A stretch of DNA of 52,281 bases from Novosphingobium sp. (lineage in GTDB: Bacteria; Pseudomonadota; Alphaproteobacteria; Sphingomonadales; Sphingomonadaceae): the NCBI GenBank assembly GCA_043740455.1, contig JAYUCG010000008.1, positions 1-52,281 of the forward strand, written 5' to 3'. Under the pieces are notes generated by a model. The model did no database searches. It saw only the letters and a program-made list of their open reading frames with translations, and was not told where the DNA came from. Both the position numbers and the translations under genes were made by a program. This document shows, piece by piece, positions 41,423 to 51,422 of this stretch (positions are counted from its first letter, which is position 1; every line of letters starts with the position of its first letter).

Positions 41423-44041
41423 TTAAGGAAGCTTAGCCGCCTCGCGCTGAAGTTGGTAAAGCAGGTCAAGCGCTTCGCGCGGGGTCAGCGCATCGACATC
41501 GAGCTCGGACAGCCGTTCGCGCAATGTGACGACCACCTCCACCTGCTGGTCAGCCGCCGCGGCAAACAGCGGCAGGTCGCCGAGTCCTGCGGCAATCCCG
41601 CCGGTTTCCGCGCGGCCCTTTTCCAAACGTTCAAGCACCGAACGAGCCCGCGCGATGACCGGCGCGGGCACGCCGGCAAGCTTGGCCACGGCCAGGCCAT
41701 AGCTGCGATCCGCCGGACCTTCCGCTAATTCATGGAGCAAGACGAGATCGCCCTGCCATTCGCGCGCGCGGACATGATGCAGCGACACGGCCTCGCAGCT
41801 TTCGGCCAGCCGCGCGAGTTCGTGGTAGTGGGTTGCGAACAGGCAGCGGCAACGGTTCGTCGAATGCACCGCCTCGGCTACCGCCCAGGCGAGCGCCAGA
41901 CCATCGTAAGTCGAGGTGCCGCGCCCGACCTCGTCGAGAATGACGAAGCTGCGGCTGGTAGCCTGGGCCAGGATCGAGGCCGTTTCGACCATCTCGACCA
42001 TGAAAGTCGAACGTCCACGCGCAAGGTTGTCTGATGCGCCGACCCGGCTGAACAGGCGGTCGACCAGCCCGATCCGGGCCGCTGTGGCAGGGACGAAACT
42101 GCCCGCTTGCGCGAGCAGCACGATCAGCGCGTTCTGGCGCAGGAAGGTGCTCTTGCCGCCCATGTTGGGGCCGCCGATCAGCCACAGTCGGTCGGTTTCG
42201 GACAAGCTGCAATCGTTGGTGACAAAGCGTCCGCCGCGGCCACCCAGCGCGGCTTCGACCACCGGGTGACGCCCGCCGCTGACCTCGATCACCGGGGCCG
42301 CCACGATTTGCGGGCGGCACCAGCCGCCTTCGGCCGCGCGTTCGGCCTGCCCTGCGGCAACGTCGATCCGCGCCAGTGCCTCGGCGGTCCGGGCAATGGC
42401 ATGGCGTGCTGTGACCGCGCGCTCGCACAGCTCCTCGAAATGGGCTTCCTCGGCGGCCAGCGCATGGCCGCTCGCCTGCGCGATCCGGCTCGCTTCTTCA
42501 TGCAGTGCGAGCGAGTTGAAGCGCACTGCTCCGGCCATGGTCTGGCGGTGGGTGAAGCCGCTGTCCGGGACCATCAGCGCATCGGCCTGCCGCGCCGGGA
42601 CCTCGATGAAATAGCCAAGCACCCCGTTGTGCTTGACCTTGAGCGTCGCGATGCCGGTCCCAGTCCGGTACCTGGCTTCAAGCGCGGCAATCGCGCGGCG
42701 GGCATTGCCCGAGATTTCGCGCAGTTCATCGAGCGCATGGTCGTATCCGGCGGCGATGAAACCGCCTTGGCTGCGCTCGCTTGGGGGAGCGGGGACCAAC
42801 GCGCGCGAAAAATGGTCGGTGAGCGCTGCGTGTCCGGTCAGGCTAGGTAACAAGGCATCGAGTAGTGCGGGCCGATCGGAACGTTCCTTCAAGTGATCGT
42901 GGACGCGCCGGGCTTCGCCAAGCCCGTCGCGCAATTGTCCGAGATCGCGCGGGCTGCCGCGTCCGGCGACGATACGGCCGAGCGCGCGGGACAGGTCAGG
43001 CAGCGCCCGCAGGACGGTCCGCAGGTCGCCGCGCAGCAGCGGATCGTCATGCAGCCACTGCACCATGGCAAGCCGCGCCTCGATCTCGGCCATATCGGTG
43101 AGCGGTGCGGACAAATCATCCGCCAGTTGGCGCGCGCCTGCCCCGGTTACGCAGCGATCGACCGCCTCGATCAGGCTGCCGCGTCGCCCGCCCTGACTGG
43201 ACGCCATGATTTCAAGGCTGGCGCGGGTCGCCTCGTCCATCGCCAAGTGCGCCTCGCCGCTACGCGCCACCGGCGGCAGCAACAGCGGCAAGGTGCCGCG
43301 TCCGACGTGATCGAGATAGGCGATCAGCCCTGCAGTGGCGGCCAGCATCGGCCGTGAAAAGGTGCCATAGGCATCCAGCGTAGCGACCTCGTACAGCGCC
43401 TTGAGGCGGCGTTCGCCCTCCTCGCTGGCAAACTCACGCGCGGCACGGGGTATCGCCCCGGCGGGCGCATCGGCCAAGCCGTCGCTGACCACTACCTCGC
43501 TCGCCCCAAGTCGCGCCAGTGCGGCTCCGAGCTGCTCGAGAGAACATTCTTCCAGTTCCAAGCGTCCGGTCGATATGTCGCAAGCGGCAATCCCGCAGGT
43601 CCCGCGCATCTCGCACACCGCAGCGAGCAGGTTTGCGCGGCGCGGTTCGAGCAGCGCCTCCTCGGTCAGCGTGCCCGCAGTGACAAAACGGACGATATCG
43701 CGAGAGACCAAGGCCTTCGATCCGCCGCGCCTTTTCGCTTCATCCGGGCTTTCGGTCTGCTCGGCGATTGCGACCCGGCAGCCCGCCTTGATCAGCCGTG
43801 CCAGGTACCCTTCGGCCGAATGCACCGGTACGCCGCACATCGGGATCGGCACGCCGAGATGCTCGCTGCGGCTGGTCAGCGCGATATCGAGGATCTGCGC
43901 TGCAGCGCGGGCGTCGTCGAAGAACAGCTCGAAGAAATCGCCCATGCGGTAGAACAGCAAGCAATCGGGCGACTCGGCCTTAAGCGCGAGGTACTGCGTC
44001 ATCATCGGGGTGACGGCTGGATTGCCGGAAGGGGCGTGCAT
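41423..44041 (-). CDS. mutS: DNA mismatch repair protein MutS
   Basis: Motifs TPMMTQY, GDFFELF, GPNMGGKST, STFMVEM, DEVGRGTST and FATHYHEL. Confidence 0.98.
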   Translation of the reverse strand: MHAPSGNPAVTPMMTQYLALKAESPDCLLFYRMGDFFELFFDDARAAAQILDIALTSRSEHLGVPIPMCGVPVHSAEGYLARLIKAGCRVAIAEQTESPDEAKRRGGSKALVSRDIVRFVTAGTLTEEALLEPRRANLLAAVCEMRGTCGIAACDISTGRLELEECSLEQLGAALARLGASEVVVSDGLADAPAGAIPRAAREFASEEGERRLKALYEVATLDAYGTFSRPMLAATAGLIAYLDHVGRGTLPLLLPPVARSGEAHLAMDEATRASLEIMASSQGGRRGSLIEAVDRCVTGAGARQLADDLSAPLTDMAEIEARLAMVQWLHDDPLLRGDLRTVLRALPDLSRALGRIVAGRGSPRDLGQLRDGLGEARRVHDHLKERSDRPALLDALLPSLTGHAALTDHFSRALVPAPPSERSQGGFIAAGYDHALDELREISGNARRAIAALEARYRTGTGIATLKVKHNGVLGYFIEVPARQADALMVPDSGFTHRQTMAGAVRFNSLALHEEASRIAQASGHALAAEEAHFEELCERAVTARHAIARTAEALARIDVAAGQAERAAEGGWCRPQIVAAPVIEVSGGRHPVVEAALGGRGGRFVTNDCSLSETDRLWLIGGPNMGGKSTFLRQNALIVLLAQAGSFVPATAARIGLVDRLFSRVGASDNLARGRSTFMVEMVETASILAQATSRSFVILDEVGRGTSTYDGLALAWAVAEAVHSTNRCRCLFATHYHELARLAESCEAVSLHHVRAREWQGDLVLLHELAEGPADRSYGLAVAKLAGVPAPVIARARSVLERLEKGRAETGGIAAGLGDLPLFAAAADQQVEVVVTLRERLSELDVDALTPREALDLLYQLQREAAKLP

Positions 44042-44151
44042 GTTGCTAGCCTAGCGCGGATAGGCTGCATTTGCGACGGATTACCGCGCAGCTTTCCCCT
44101 ATCGTGTCGCGCCGCCTTCCGTTAGGGCAAAGGCCATTGCGGGAGATACCA

Positions 44152-46428
44152 GTGTCAGACGATACCCCCAGGGAAGAAGCCAACCTCCGCTTCACCGAGC
44201 GCGAGGCGCTGTTCTACCACAAGACCATCCGCCCCGGTAAAATCGAGATCATCGCCTCGAAGCCGATGGCGACCCAGCGCGACCTTTCGCTTGCCTATTC
44301 GCCCGGCGTCGCCGTGCCGGTCCAGGCGATCTACGACAATCCCGCAGACGCATACGAATATACCGCCAAGGGCAACCTTGTCGCCGTCATCTCGAATGGT
44401 ACCGCGATCCTCGGCATGGGCAACCTGGGCGCGTTGGCCTCAAAGCCGGTGATGGAAGGCAAGGCAGTGCTGTTCAAGCGCTTTGCCGACGTCGATTCGA
44501 TTGATATCGAACTCGACAGCGAAGATCCCGATGCGCTGATCGAAGCCATCGCGATGATGGAACCGAGCTTTGGCGGGATCAACCTTGAGGATATCAAAGC
44601 CCCCGAATGCTTCGTGATCGAGCAGGCTCTGCGCGACCGGATGAAGATTCCAGTGATGCACGATGACCAGCACGGCACCGCGATCATCGCGGCTGCGGGC
44701 CTCGTCAACGCCTGCTTCCTGACTGGTCGTGAATTCAAGGACGTCAAGGTGGTGGTAAACGGGGCCGGCGCCTCCGCGCTGGCTTGCACCGCGCTGATCA
44801 AATCGATGGGCGTGCGCCACGAGAATGTCATGGTGTGCGATACCAAGGGCGTTATCTACGTTGGCCGCGAGGGTGTTGACCAGTTCAAGTCCGCCCACGC
44901 CGTTGTCACTGAAAAGCGCACGCTCAAGGAAGCGATGCACGGGGCCGATATCGTGCTCGGCCTGTCAGCCGCCGGGGCAATCACCCAGGACATGGTCAAG
45001 GACATGGCCGCCCAGCCGATCATCTTCGCGATGGCCAACCCCGATCCTGAGATTACCCCGCCCGATGCCAAAGCGGTGCGCCCCGATGCGATCGTCGCCA
45101 CCGGCCGCTCGGACTATCCCAACCAGGTCAACAATGTGCTGGGCTTCCCCTTCATTTTTCGCGGCGCGCTCGACGTGCGGGCGACCGCGATCAACGAAGA
45201 AATGAAGATCGCCGCTGCCCATGCCATCGCCCAGCTGGCGCGCGAACAGGTGCCTGAGGAAGTGGCCGCAGCCTATGGCCAGAAGTACCACTTCGGGCCC
45301 GATTACATCATCCCCGCCCCGTTCGACCCGCGCCTTATGGAAGTGGTCTCTTCGGCCGTCGCCAAGGCAGCAATGGATTCGGGTGTGGCGCAAAAGCCGA
45401 TCGAGGATTTCGATCTCTACCGCACCGAGCTAAAAGCCAGGCTCAACCCGACCACCTCGGTGCTGACCGAGGTTTACGACCGGGTGAAGGCCAATCCCAA
45501 ACGGATGATCTTCGCCGAGGCGGAGAACGAGATCGTGCTGCGCGCGGCGATCCAGTACCGCGATTTCGGCTATGGCGAACCGGTGCTGGTTGGCCGCACC
45601 GACGCGGTCCGCGCCAAGCTTACCGAGCTGGGCGTTGAACATCCCGAAAGCTACCAGATCGAGAATTCGGCGGTCAGCATCTATGTGCCGGCGATGGTCG
45701 AACTGCTGTACGAGCGGCTCAAGCGGCGCGGGTTCATGGAGCGCGACGTCAAGCGGATGGTCAACCAGGACCGCAACGTCTTTGCCTCGCTCTTGCTCAA
45801 GATGGGCATCGGCGACGCGATGGTCACCGGCACTACCCGGACCTTTGCGCAGACGATGCGCGAAGTGCGGCACGTGCTCGATCCTCAGGACGGACGCCTG
45901 CCCTTCGGCATCCACTTGATGATCGGCAAGAACTATACGGTCTTCCTGGCCGATACGACGGTCAACGAACGGCCGAGCGCGACCGATCTGGCCGTAATCG
46001 CCAAGGAAACCGCTGCGGTGGCGCGGCGGCTGGGGCATGAGCCGCGCGTGGCCTTCCTGTCTTATTCGACCTTCGGCAACCCGCCGGGGCGCTACCTTGA
46101 AAACATTCGTGATGCGGTCGCGCTGCTCGATGCCGAACAGCCCGGGTTCGAATACGAGGGCGAGCTCGCCCCCGATGCCGCGCTCAACCCGGCGGTGATG
46201 AAGAACTATCCGTTCAGCCGGCTTTCTGCCCCGGCTAATGTGCTGGTCATGCCGGGGCTGCAATCGGCCAATATCTCGGCAAAGCTGCTGCGCGAACTGG
46301 CCGGCAACGCCACGATCGGGCCGATGCTGCTGGGCATGGAAAAGCCGGTCCAGATTGCGCCGATGACCGCGATTGCGCCCGATGTCCTGACATTGGCCGT
46401 GCTCGCGGCGGCGGGTGTGGCGGGCTGA
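44152..46428 (+). CDS. maeB: NADP-dependent malic enzyme with a C-terminal PTA-like domain
   Basis: Motifs LSLAYSPGVA, MEGKAVLFK, HDDQHGT and TGRSDYPNQVNN, plus a PTA domain. GTG start after GGAG. Confidence 0.95.
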   Translation: MSDDTPREEANLRFTEREALFYHKTIRPGKIEIIASKPMATQRDLSLAYSPGVAVPVQAIYDNPADAYEYTAKGNLVAVISNGTAILGMGNLGALASKPVMEGKAVLFKRFADVDSIDIELDSEDPDALIEAIAMMEPSFGGINLEDIKAPECFVIEQALRDRMKIPVMHDDQHGTAIIAAAGLVNACFLTGREFKDVKVVVNGAGASALACTALIKSMGVRHENVMVCDTKGVIYVGREGVDQFKSAHAVVTEKRTLKEAMHGADIVLGLSAAGAITQDMVKDMAAQPIIFAMANPDPEITPPDAKAVRPDAIVATGRSDYPNQVNNVLGFPFIFRGALDVRATAINEEMKIAAAHAIAQLAREQVPEEVAAAYGQKYHFGPDYIIPAPFDPRLMEVVSSAVAKAAMDSGVAQKPIEDFDLYRTELKARLNPTTSVLTEVYDRVKANPKRMIFAEAENEIVLRAAIQYRDFGYGEPVLVGRTDAVRAKLTELGVEHPESYQIENSAVSIYVPAMVELLYERLKRRGFMERDVKRMVNQDRNVFASLLLKMGIGDAMVTGTTRTFAQTMREVRHVLDPQDGRLPFGIHLMIGKNYTVFLADTTVNERPSATDLAVIAKETAAVARRLGHEPRVAFLSYSTFGNPPGRYLENIRDAVALLDAEQPGFEYEGELAPDAALNPAVMKNYPFSRLSAPANVLVMPGLQSANISAKLLRELAGNATIGPMLLGMEKPVQIAPMTAIAPDVLTLAVLAAAGVAG

Positions 46429-46433
46429 ACGGG

Positions 46434-47291
46434 ATGGGCCTGCGCCCGCGCCGCAGCGCGCTGTTCCTGCCTGCCTCGAACCCCAAGGCGCTGGCCAAAG
46501 CCCGCACGCTGGGTGCCGACGTGGTGATCCTCGACCTTGAGGACGCAGTCGCGCCCGAGGCCAAGGCAGAAGCGCGCGAAGCGGCGGTGCGCGCAGTCAG
46601 CGATGGCGGCTGGGGCCGGCGCGAACTGGTGATCCGGGTCAACGGTCTCGACACCCCGTGGGGCGCGGCGGACCTGGCTGCGGTTGCCGCGGCAGGGCCA
46701 GATGCGGTGCTGGTGCCGAAGGTCAGCGATTGCCTTGGCCTGCGCGCCTATGACGCGGCGCTGGCCTCCGCTCCGGCCGCGACCCGGCTCTGGACGATGA
46801 TCGAGACCTGCGCGGTCGTGCCCGAGCTGCCGGTACTCGCCGCGCTAAAAGCCACGACCCGGCTCGCGGCCTTTGTGCTTGGCACCAACGATTTGGCCAA
46901 GGACATGCGCGCGCAGATCAGGCCCGGGCGGGCGCCGTTCCTGCCGATCATGAGCGCGGCAGTCTGCGCTGCACGCGCGCATGGCCTTATCGTGATCGAC
47001 GGTGTCTGCAACGAATTTCGCGATCCTGAAGTGCTGAGGCGCGAGGCTGTGCAAGGCCTGGAGTTCGGCTTCGATGGCAAGTCGCTGATCCACCCCGACC
47101 AAATCGAACCGTGCAACGAAGTCTTTTCGCCAAGCGCAGGGGAAATCGAAGCGGCCCGCAGCGTGGTCGCGGCCTTCGAAGACCCGGACAATGCCGGCAA
47201 GGGCGCGATCCGTCTTGACGGGCGGATGGTCGAATTGCTGCATCTGGAGCAAGCGCGGCGGACGCTCGCGATCGCGGCGGCGATCGGCTAG
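46434..47291 (+). CDS. HpcH/HpaI aldolase/citrate lyase beta (CitE, malyl-CoA lyase/thioesterase-like)
   Basis: Motifs RRSALFLPA, LDLEDAVAP, MIET, GTNDL and GFDGKSLIHP. Confidence 0.9.
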   Translation: MGLRPRRSALFLPASNPKALAKARTLGADVVILDLEDAVAPEAKAEAREAAVRAVSDGGWGRRELVIRVNGLDTPWGAADLAAVAAAGPDAVLVPKVSDCLGLRAYDAALASAPAATRLWTMIETCAVVPELPVLAALKATTRLAAFVLGTNDLAKDMRAQIRPGRAPFLPIMSAAVCAARAHGLIVIDGVCNEFRDPEVLRREAVQGLEFGFDGKSLIHPDQIEPCNEVFSPSAGEIEAARSVVAAFEDPDNAGKGAIRLDGRMVELLHLEQARRTLAIAAAIG

Positions 47292-48055
47292 CTCCAGGCG
47301 TGATAGGCGCCGTAAAGGCTGGTCAGCGTCAGCACGATCCCGACCAGCACGAGCATCGCCTTGGGATTGAAGTGCTTGGCGGCCCAGGCTCCGATCGGTG
47401 CCGCGAGCAAGCCGCCGATCAGCAGGCCCAGAGTCGCGCCAGCCACGTCGGCCACGCCGATATTCCAGATGAAGGCAAGCGAAACTGCCAGGGTCAGGAA
47501 GAATTCAACTGAATTGACCGTGCCGACGACCTTGCGCGGATCGGCTCCCTGGATCAGCAGGTTCGAGGTCACCACCGGCCCCCAGCCGCCACCGCCGACA
47601 GCGTCGAGGAAGCCGCCGAACAGCCCGAGCGGGGCAATCAGGCGCGCCTCGCGCAGCTTGGGCGGATAGAGCAGCCCGCGCGCCAGAATGTAGATGCCGA
47701 TCGCCGTGAGGTAGATGAGCACGTAGGGCTTGACCACGGCGGCATCGATCGAGGTGAGCACGTAAGCCCCCAGCACCCCGCCGATCAGCCCGGGGATCAG
47801 CAGCCGGAAGAACAGCCGTTTGTCGATGTTGCCATGGAGCAGATGGCTGATCCCCGACACTGCCGTGGTGAAGCATTCGACGATGTGCACACGCTGCGAG
47901 GCAAGCGCTGGCGGCACGCCCAAGACCGCGACCAGAAGCGTGTTCGAGATGACTCCGAAAGCCATGCCCAGCGCGCCATCGACCAGCTGAGCGGCAAAGC
48001 CCACCCCGACAAAGGGCAGCAGCGCTTCCAGGTTGAAATGAGAAATCTCAAGCAC
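47288..48055 (-). CDS. Sulfite exporter TauE/SafE family protein
   Basis: Motifs AQLVDGALGMAFG, GGFLDAVGGGGWGP and VGTVNSVEFF. GTG start after GGAGG. Confidence 0.88.
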   Translation of the reverse strand: MLEISHFNLEALLPFVGVGFAAQLVDGALGMAFGVISNTLLVAVLGVPPALASQRVHIVECFTTAVSGISHLLHGNIDKRLFFRLLIPGLIGGVLGAYVLTSIDAAVVKPYVLIYLTAIGIYILARGLLYPPKLREARLIAPLGLFGGFLDAVGGGGWGPVVTSNLLIQGADPRKVVGTVNSVEFFLTLAVSLAFIWNIGVADVAGATLGLLIGGLLAAPIGAWAAKHFNPKAMLVLVGIVLTLTSLYGAYHAWS

Positions 48056-48186
48056 GCCAGAACCTCCGCCACTGCGTTGGTTCAGCAACTAACGCCCGCT
48101 GCCATGACCCGCGACAAAGAAATTCGCGCGCAAGGCAAATCGGAAGCATGCGCCTGCTGAATCGCTTTGGATATTAGCTGGAGCGA

Positions 48187-48432
48187 TTAGCGGACAGCAA
48201 CGGTACGCGGTCCTTGCACCTTGGCGAGCACCTTGTGCGACACTTTGACGCAGCGCGCCTCGACCACCGGGTAGTCAGCGCGAAGCGCGGTATCGCTGCC
48301 AAGCGCCGTCTCAACCTGCGCTTCGCACTGGGCCGGGACGGCATAGGTCTGTTCGGGTGCGGCAATGCGTTCGCATGCGGTCCCGTCGTCCGCGCAGCCG
48401 AACAGCAGCAATGTATAGGCGATCACGCTCAT
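48187..48432 (-). CDS. Small Cys-containing exported hypothetical protein (81 aa)
   Basis: MSVIAYTLLLFGCADDGTACE...QCE...DYPVVEARC with an AAGGAG RBS. Confidence 0.65.
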   Translation of the reverse strand: MSVIAYTLLLFGCADDGTACERIAAPEQTYAVPAQCEAQVETALGSDTALRADYPVVEARCVKVSHKVLAKVQGPRTVAVR

Positions 48433-48454
48433 CCCTTGCACTCCTTGCCGGATC

Positions 48455-48479
48455 AACCGGCTGGGGCGAACAAGGTTCC
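48455..48479 (-). promoter_or_regulatory. EcfG-type general stress promoter
   Basis: GGAAC-N17-GTT on the minus strand, 22 nt upstream of the ATG at 48432. Confidence 0.6.
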
Positions 48480-48484
48480 CGGCC

Positions 48485-49183
48485 TCAGTCGTTCTCGAGC
48501 AGTGCATTGACTGCCGCAGCGGCATGGAGCGCAGTGGTGTCAAACAGCGGCACCGCGCTGTCTTCGGGGCCGATCAGCAACATGATCTCGGTACAGCCAA
48601 GGATCACGGCCTCGGCACCGCGATCAACCAGCCGCGCGATCACCGCCCGGTATGCTGCGCGGGATGGCTCGCTAACCACCCCCGCGATCAGCTCGTCGTA
48701 GATGACGCGATGAACCAGCGCGCGGTCGGCTTCATCCGGAACCAGCACCTCAAGCCCGTGGCGCTGCGCCAGTCGGTCACGGTAGAAAGCCTGCTCCATG
48801 GTGAAGGCCGTGCCGAGCAGCCCGACTTTCGTAATGCCAGCCGCGCGGGTTGCCGCGCCGGCTGGATCGGCGATATGCAGCAGTGGCACCCCGGCAGCGG
48901 CTTCGACCTCGTCCGCCATCAGGTGCATGGTATTGGTGCAGATCAGCAGTTGATCTGCCCCCGCTGCGGCCAGCCGCTGCGCCGCATCGATCATCAGCAC
49001 GGTCTGTGCCGGCCAATCGCCAGCGCGTTGGAGCGCCTCGATCTCAGCAAAATCGAACGACCACAGCAGCAGCCGTGCCGATGCCGTCGGTCCGCCCGCG
49101 GCGCGCACCCCTTCGTTGATCAGCCGGTAATACTGCGCCGAGCTTTCCCAGCTCATCCCGCCGATCAGGCCCAACATCTTCAT
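48485..49183 (-). CDS. Aspartate/glutamate racemase family (YgeA/RacX-like)
   Basis: Motifs GLIGGMSWES, ICTNTMH and ILGCTEI (two catalytic Cys). Confidence 0.92.
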   Translation of the reverse strand: MKMLGLIGGMSWESSAQYYRLINEGVRAAGGPTASARLLLWSFDFAEIEALQRAGDWPAQTVLMIDAAQRLAAAGADQLLICTNTMHLMADEVEAAAGVPLLHIADPAGAATRAAGITKVGLLGTAFTMEQAFYRDRLAQRHGLEVLVPDEADRALVHRVIYDELIAGVVSEPSRAAYRAVIARLVDRGAEAVILGCTEIMLLIGPEDSAVPLFDTTALHAAAAVNALLEND

Positions 49184-49899
49184 GGCATTCTCCGATAGCG
49201 AAAGTACCACACCTCGTGATCATATACCGTCCGCGCCTTGACCTCGTAGCGGGTCTCAGGCCAGCCGGCCGGGCGGTTCTGGAACTGCGCGGGATCGTCG
49301 CACAGCCATTCGAACTGATCGGTATGCCGCCGCATCACCATCAGCGCGTGGCGCAGGTAAACCGCGTGATCAGTGCCGAAGCGCAGCTCGCCGTCGGGCC
49401 GAAGCTTGGCCGCGAACAGATCGACCGGGCCATCGTTCATCATCCGCCGCTTGGCGTGGCGCGCCTTGGGCCAAGGATCGGGATGGAGCAGGTAGAGGAA
49501 ACTCAGCGAACCATCCGGGATCCGCTGCAGGACTTCCAGTGCATCGCCGTGATGGATCCGCACATTCCCCAGCGGCGGGTGCGCTCCGCCATCTCCATCG
49601 ATATGGACCAGCACCTGCGCCACGCCATTGAGGAACGGCTCAGCGCCGATAAAGCCGTGATCTGGCAGCATGTCGGCCCGCGCCGCCATGTGCTCACCGC
49701 CGCCAAAGCCGATCTCGAAGTGCAGCGCGCGCTCATCGCCGAACAGCACTTGCGAAGTGATCGGTCCTTCATCGGGCATGGCAATGCGCGGCAACAGGCT
49801 GTCGACCAGCCCCTGCTGCCCAGCGCGAAGGGGCTTGCCTTTCGAGCGGCCGTAGAGCCGGTTGAGCGTGATCGGATCGCCAAGTTTGTGCGCAGTCAT
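49180..49899 (-). CDS. trmB: tRNA (guanine-N7)-methyltransferase
   Basis: Motifs EIGFGGGEH, PDPWPKARHAKRR, GTD and TRYE. Confidence 0.94.
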   Translation of the reverse strand: MTAHKLGDPITLNRLYGRSKGKPLRAGQQGLVDSLLPRIAMPDEGPITSQVLFGDERALHFEIGFGGGEHMAARADMLPDHGFIGAEPFLNGVAQVLVHIDGDGGAHPPLGNVRIHHGDALEVLQRIPDGSLSFLYLLHPDPWPKARHAKRRMMNDGPVDLFAAKLRPDGELRFGTDHAVYLRHALMVMRRHTDQFEWLCDDPAQFQNRPAGWPETRYEVKARTVYDHEVWYFRYRRMP

Positions 49900-49911
49900 G
49901 ACGCGCCCATA

Positions 49912-49946
49912 CAAACCAAAACGGCCCGCCGAAAGAGGCGGGCCGT
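49912..49946 (-). terminator. Rho-independent terminator of ctrA
   Basis: 10-bp stem acggcccgcc/ggcgggccgt (49921-46) followed by TTTGGTTTG on the minus strand. Confidence 0.75.
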
Positions 49947-49987
49947 CTCTGTGACAATTTCAGGTAGTCAGACTCAAGCGGAGACGA

Positions 49988-50683
49988 TCAAGCGGCCTGC
50001 GCTTCTTCGCCCGGATCGCGCAGCACATAGCCGCGGCCCCAGACGGTTTCGATGTAGTTTTCACCATTGCAGGCATGCGCGAGCTTCTTGCGCAGCTTGC
50101 AGATGAACACGTCGATGATCTTGAGTTCGGGCTCGTCCATCCCGCCATAAAGGTGGTTGAGGAACATTTCCTTGGTCAGAGTGGTGCCCTTGCGCAGCGA
50201 AAGCAGCTCGAGCATCGCATATTCCTTGCCGGTCAGGTGCACGCGGGCACTATCGACTTCGACCGTCTTGGCATCGAGATTGACCGCCAGCTTGCCGGTG
50301 CGGATGACCGACTGCGAGTGACCCTTCGAACGGCGCACCACGGCGTGGATGCGGGCGACCAGCTCTTCACGGTGGAACGGCTTGGTCACGTAATCGTCAG
50401 CGCCGAAGCCGAAGCTGCGAACCTTCGAATCCATTTCTGAAATGCCCGAAAGGATCAGCACCGGGGTCTGCACCTTGGCGACGCGGAGCTTTTTGAGCAC
50501 GTCATACCCATGCATGTCGGGCAGGTTCAGGTCGAGCAGGATGATATCGTAATCATACAGCTTGCCCAGATCCAAGCCTTCTTCGCCCAGATCGGTCGAA
50601 TAGACGTTGAAGCCTTCGGTAGTCAGCATCAGTTCGATAGCCCGGGCCGTGGTCGGCTCGTCCTCGATCAGCAACACGCGCAT
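49988..50683 (-). CDS. ctrA: Cell-cycle master response regulator CtrA
   Basis: Motifs [64 protein letters not shown] and ETVWGRGY. Confidence 0.97.
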   Translation of the reverse strand: MRVLLIEDEPTTARAIELMLTTEGFNVYSTDLGEEGLDLGKLYDYDIILLDLNLPDMHGYDVLKKLRVAKVQTPVLILSGISEMDSKVRSFGFGADDYVTKPFHREELVARIHAVVRRSKGHSQSVIRTGKLAVNLDAKTVEVDSARVHLTGKEYAMLELLSLRKGTTLTKEMFLNHLYGGMDEPELKIIDVFICKLRKKLAHACNGENYIETVWGRGYVLRDPGEEAQAA

Positions 50684-50744
50684 GGGTAGTCCCCTCCTGC
50701 CCCGTTTCGAACGATAACCCTTTGGTAGGGGTCATTGCTCGTCA

Positions 50745-50788
50745 TTAACCATATGACCAATGAAGATGAAAGGTTAATTTCTCGTAAA
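50745..50788 (-). promoter_or_regulatory. Putative CtrA autoregulatory sites
   Basis: A TTAACCAT half-site (50745-52) and TTTA-N7-TTAAC on the minus strand (50773-88), close to the consensus TTAA-N7-TTAA. Confidence 0.6.
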
Positions 50789-50824
50789 CGGCAGAATTGC
50801 GCGAGTCGTTTAGGTAGCCAGCTT

Positions 50825-50971
50825 TTACTGGTTTTCGCGCCCGGGTTCGGTGCGGTCGCGGCCGTCCTTGAAATCGAACATCTCGGTTTGCACTTTGGTC
50901 TTCGGATCGAGGATCGAAGCGATGAACATCCCGAACGCGATCACGAAGGAATTCGGCCTGCGCCGCTTCAT
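50825..50971 (-). CDS. Possible 48-aa small protein
   Basis: MKRRRPNSFVIAFGMFIASILDPKTKVQTEMFDFKDGRDRTEPGRENQ, with an ATGA overlap on the DUF4112 stop. Confidence 0.45.
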   Translation of the reverse strand: MKRRRPNSFVIAFGMFIASILDPKTKVQTEMFDFKDGRDRTEPGRENQ

Positions 50972-51381
50972 CCCTCGATCACCTGGGTTTGCGGGTGGTG
51001 CTTGTCGAAATGCTTGCGAATGATCTTGAGGTTGCGGGTGTTCGAACGAAAGGCGAAGTCGAACAGGTCGCCAGCAATCGGCACCGCGCCCACCAGGCTG
51101 TCGATCCCGACATTGCCGGCCATGCGCCAAAGTTGCCAGCGCGGCATGCCCAGATTGCGTGCCTCCCATACCATATAAAGCCCCATGGCCGCAGTGATCA
51201 GGTCACCCGCGACCGGGACGAGGCCGACAATGGCATCCAGTCCGATCCGGCGGCCACCCATGCCGGGCACCTCGAACAGGCCTTCAAGCAATTTCTCCAT
51301 CGCCTCGATGCGCAGGCGCACCGATTGCGGGTCGGACCCTAGCGGCAACTGCTCGGTGATCGGCTGCGGTCTGACTGGCAT
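50968..51381 (-). CDS. DUF4112-family protein
   Basis: Motifs RIGLDAIVGLVPVAGD, NVGIDSLVGAVPIAGDLFD and FRSNTRN. Confidence 0.88.
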   Translation of the reverse strand: MPVRPQPITEQLPLGSDPQSVRLRIEAMEKLLEGLFEVPGMGGRRIGLDAIVGLVPVAGDLITAAMGLYMVWEARNLGMPRWQLWRMAGNVGIDSLVGAVPIAGDLFDFAFRSNTRNLKIIRKHFDKHHPQTQVIEG

Positions 51382-51422
51382 TGGTGCGGCACCCCGGCGC
51401 GGGGCAAGTCGCCCGCGCCACT

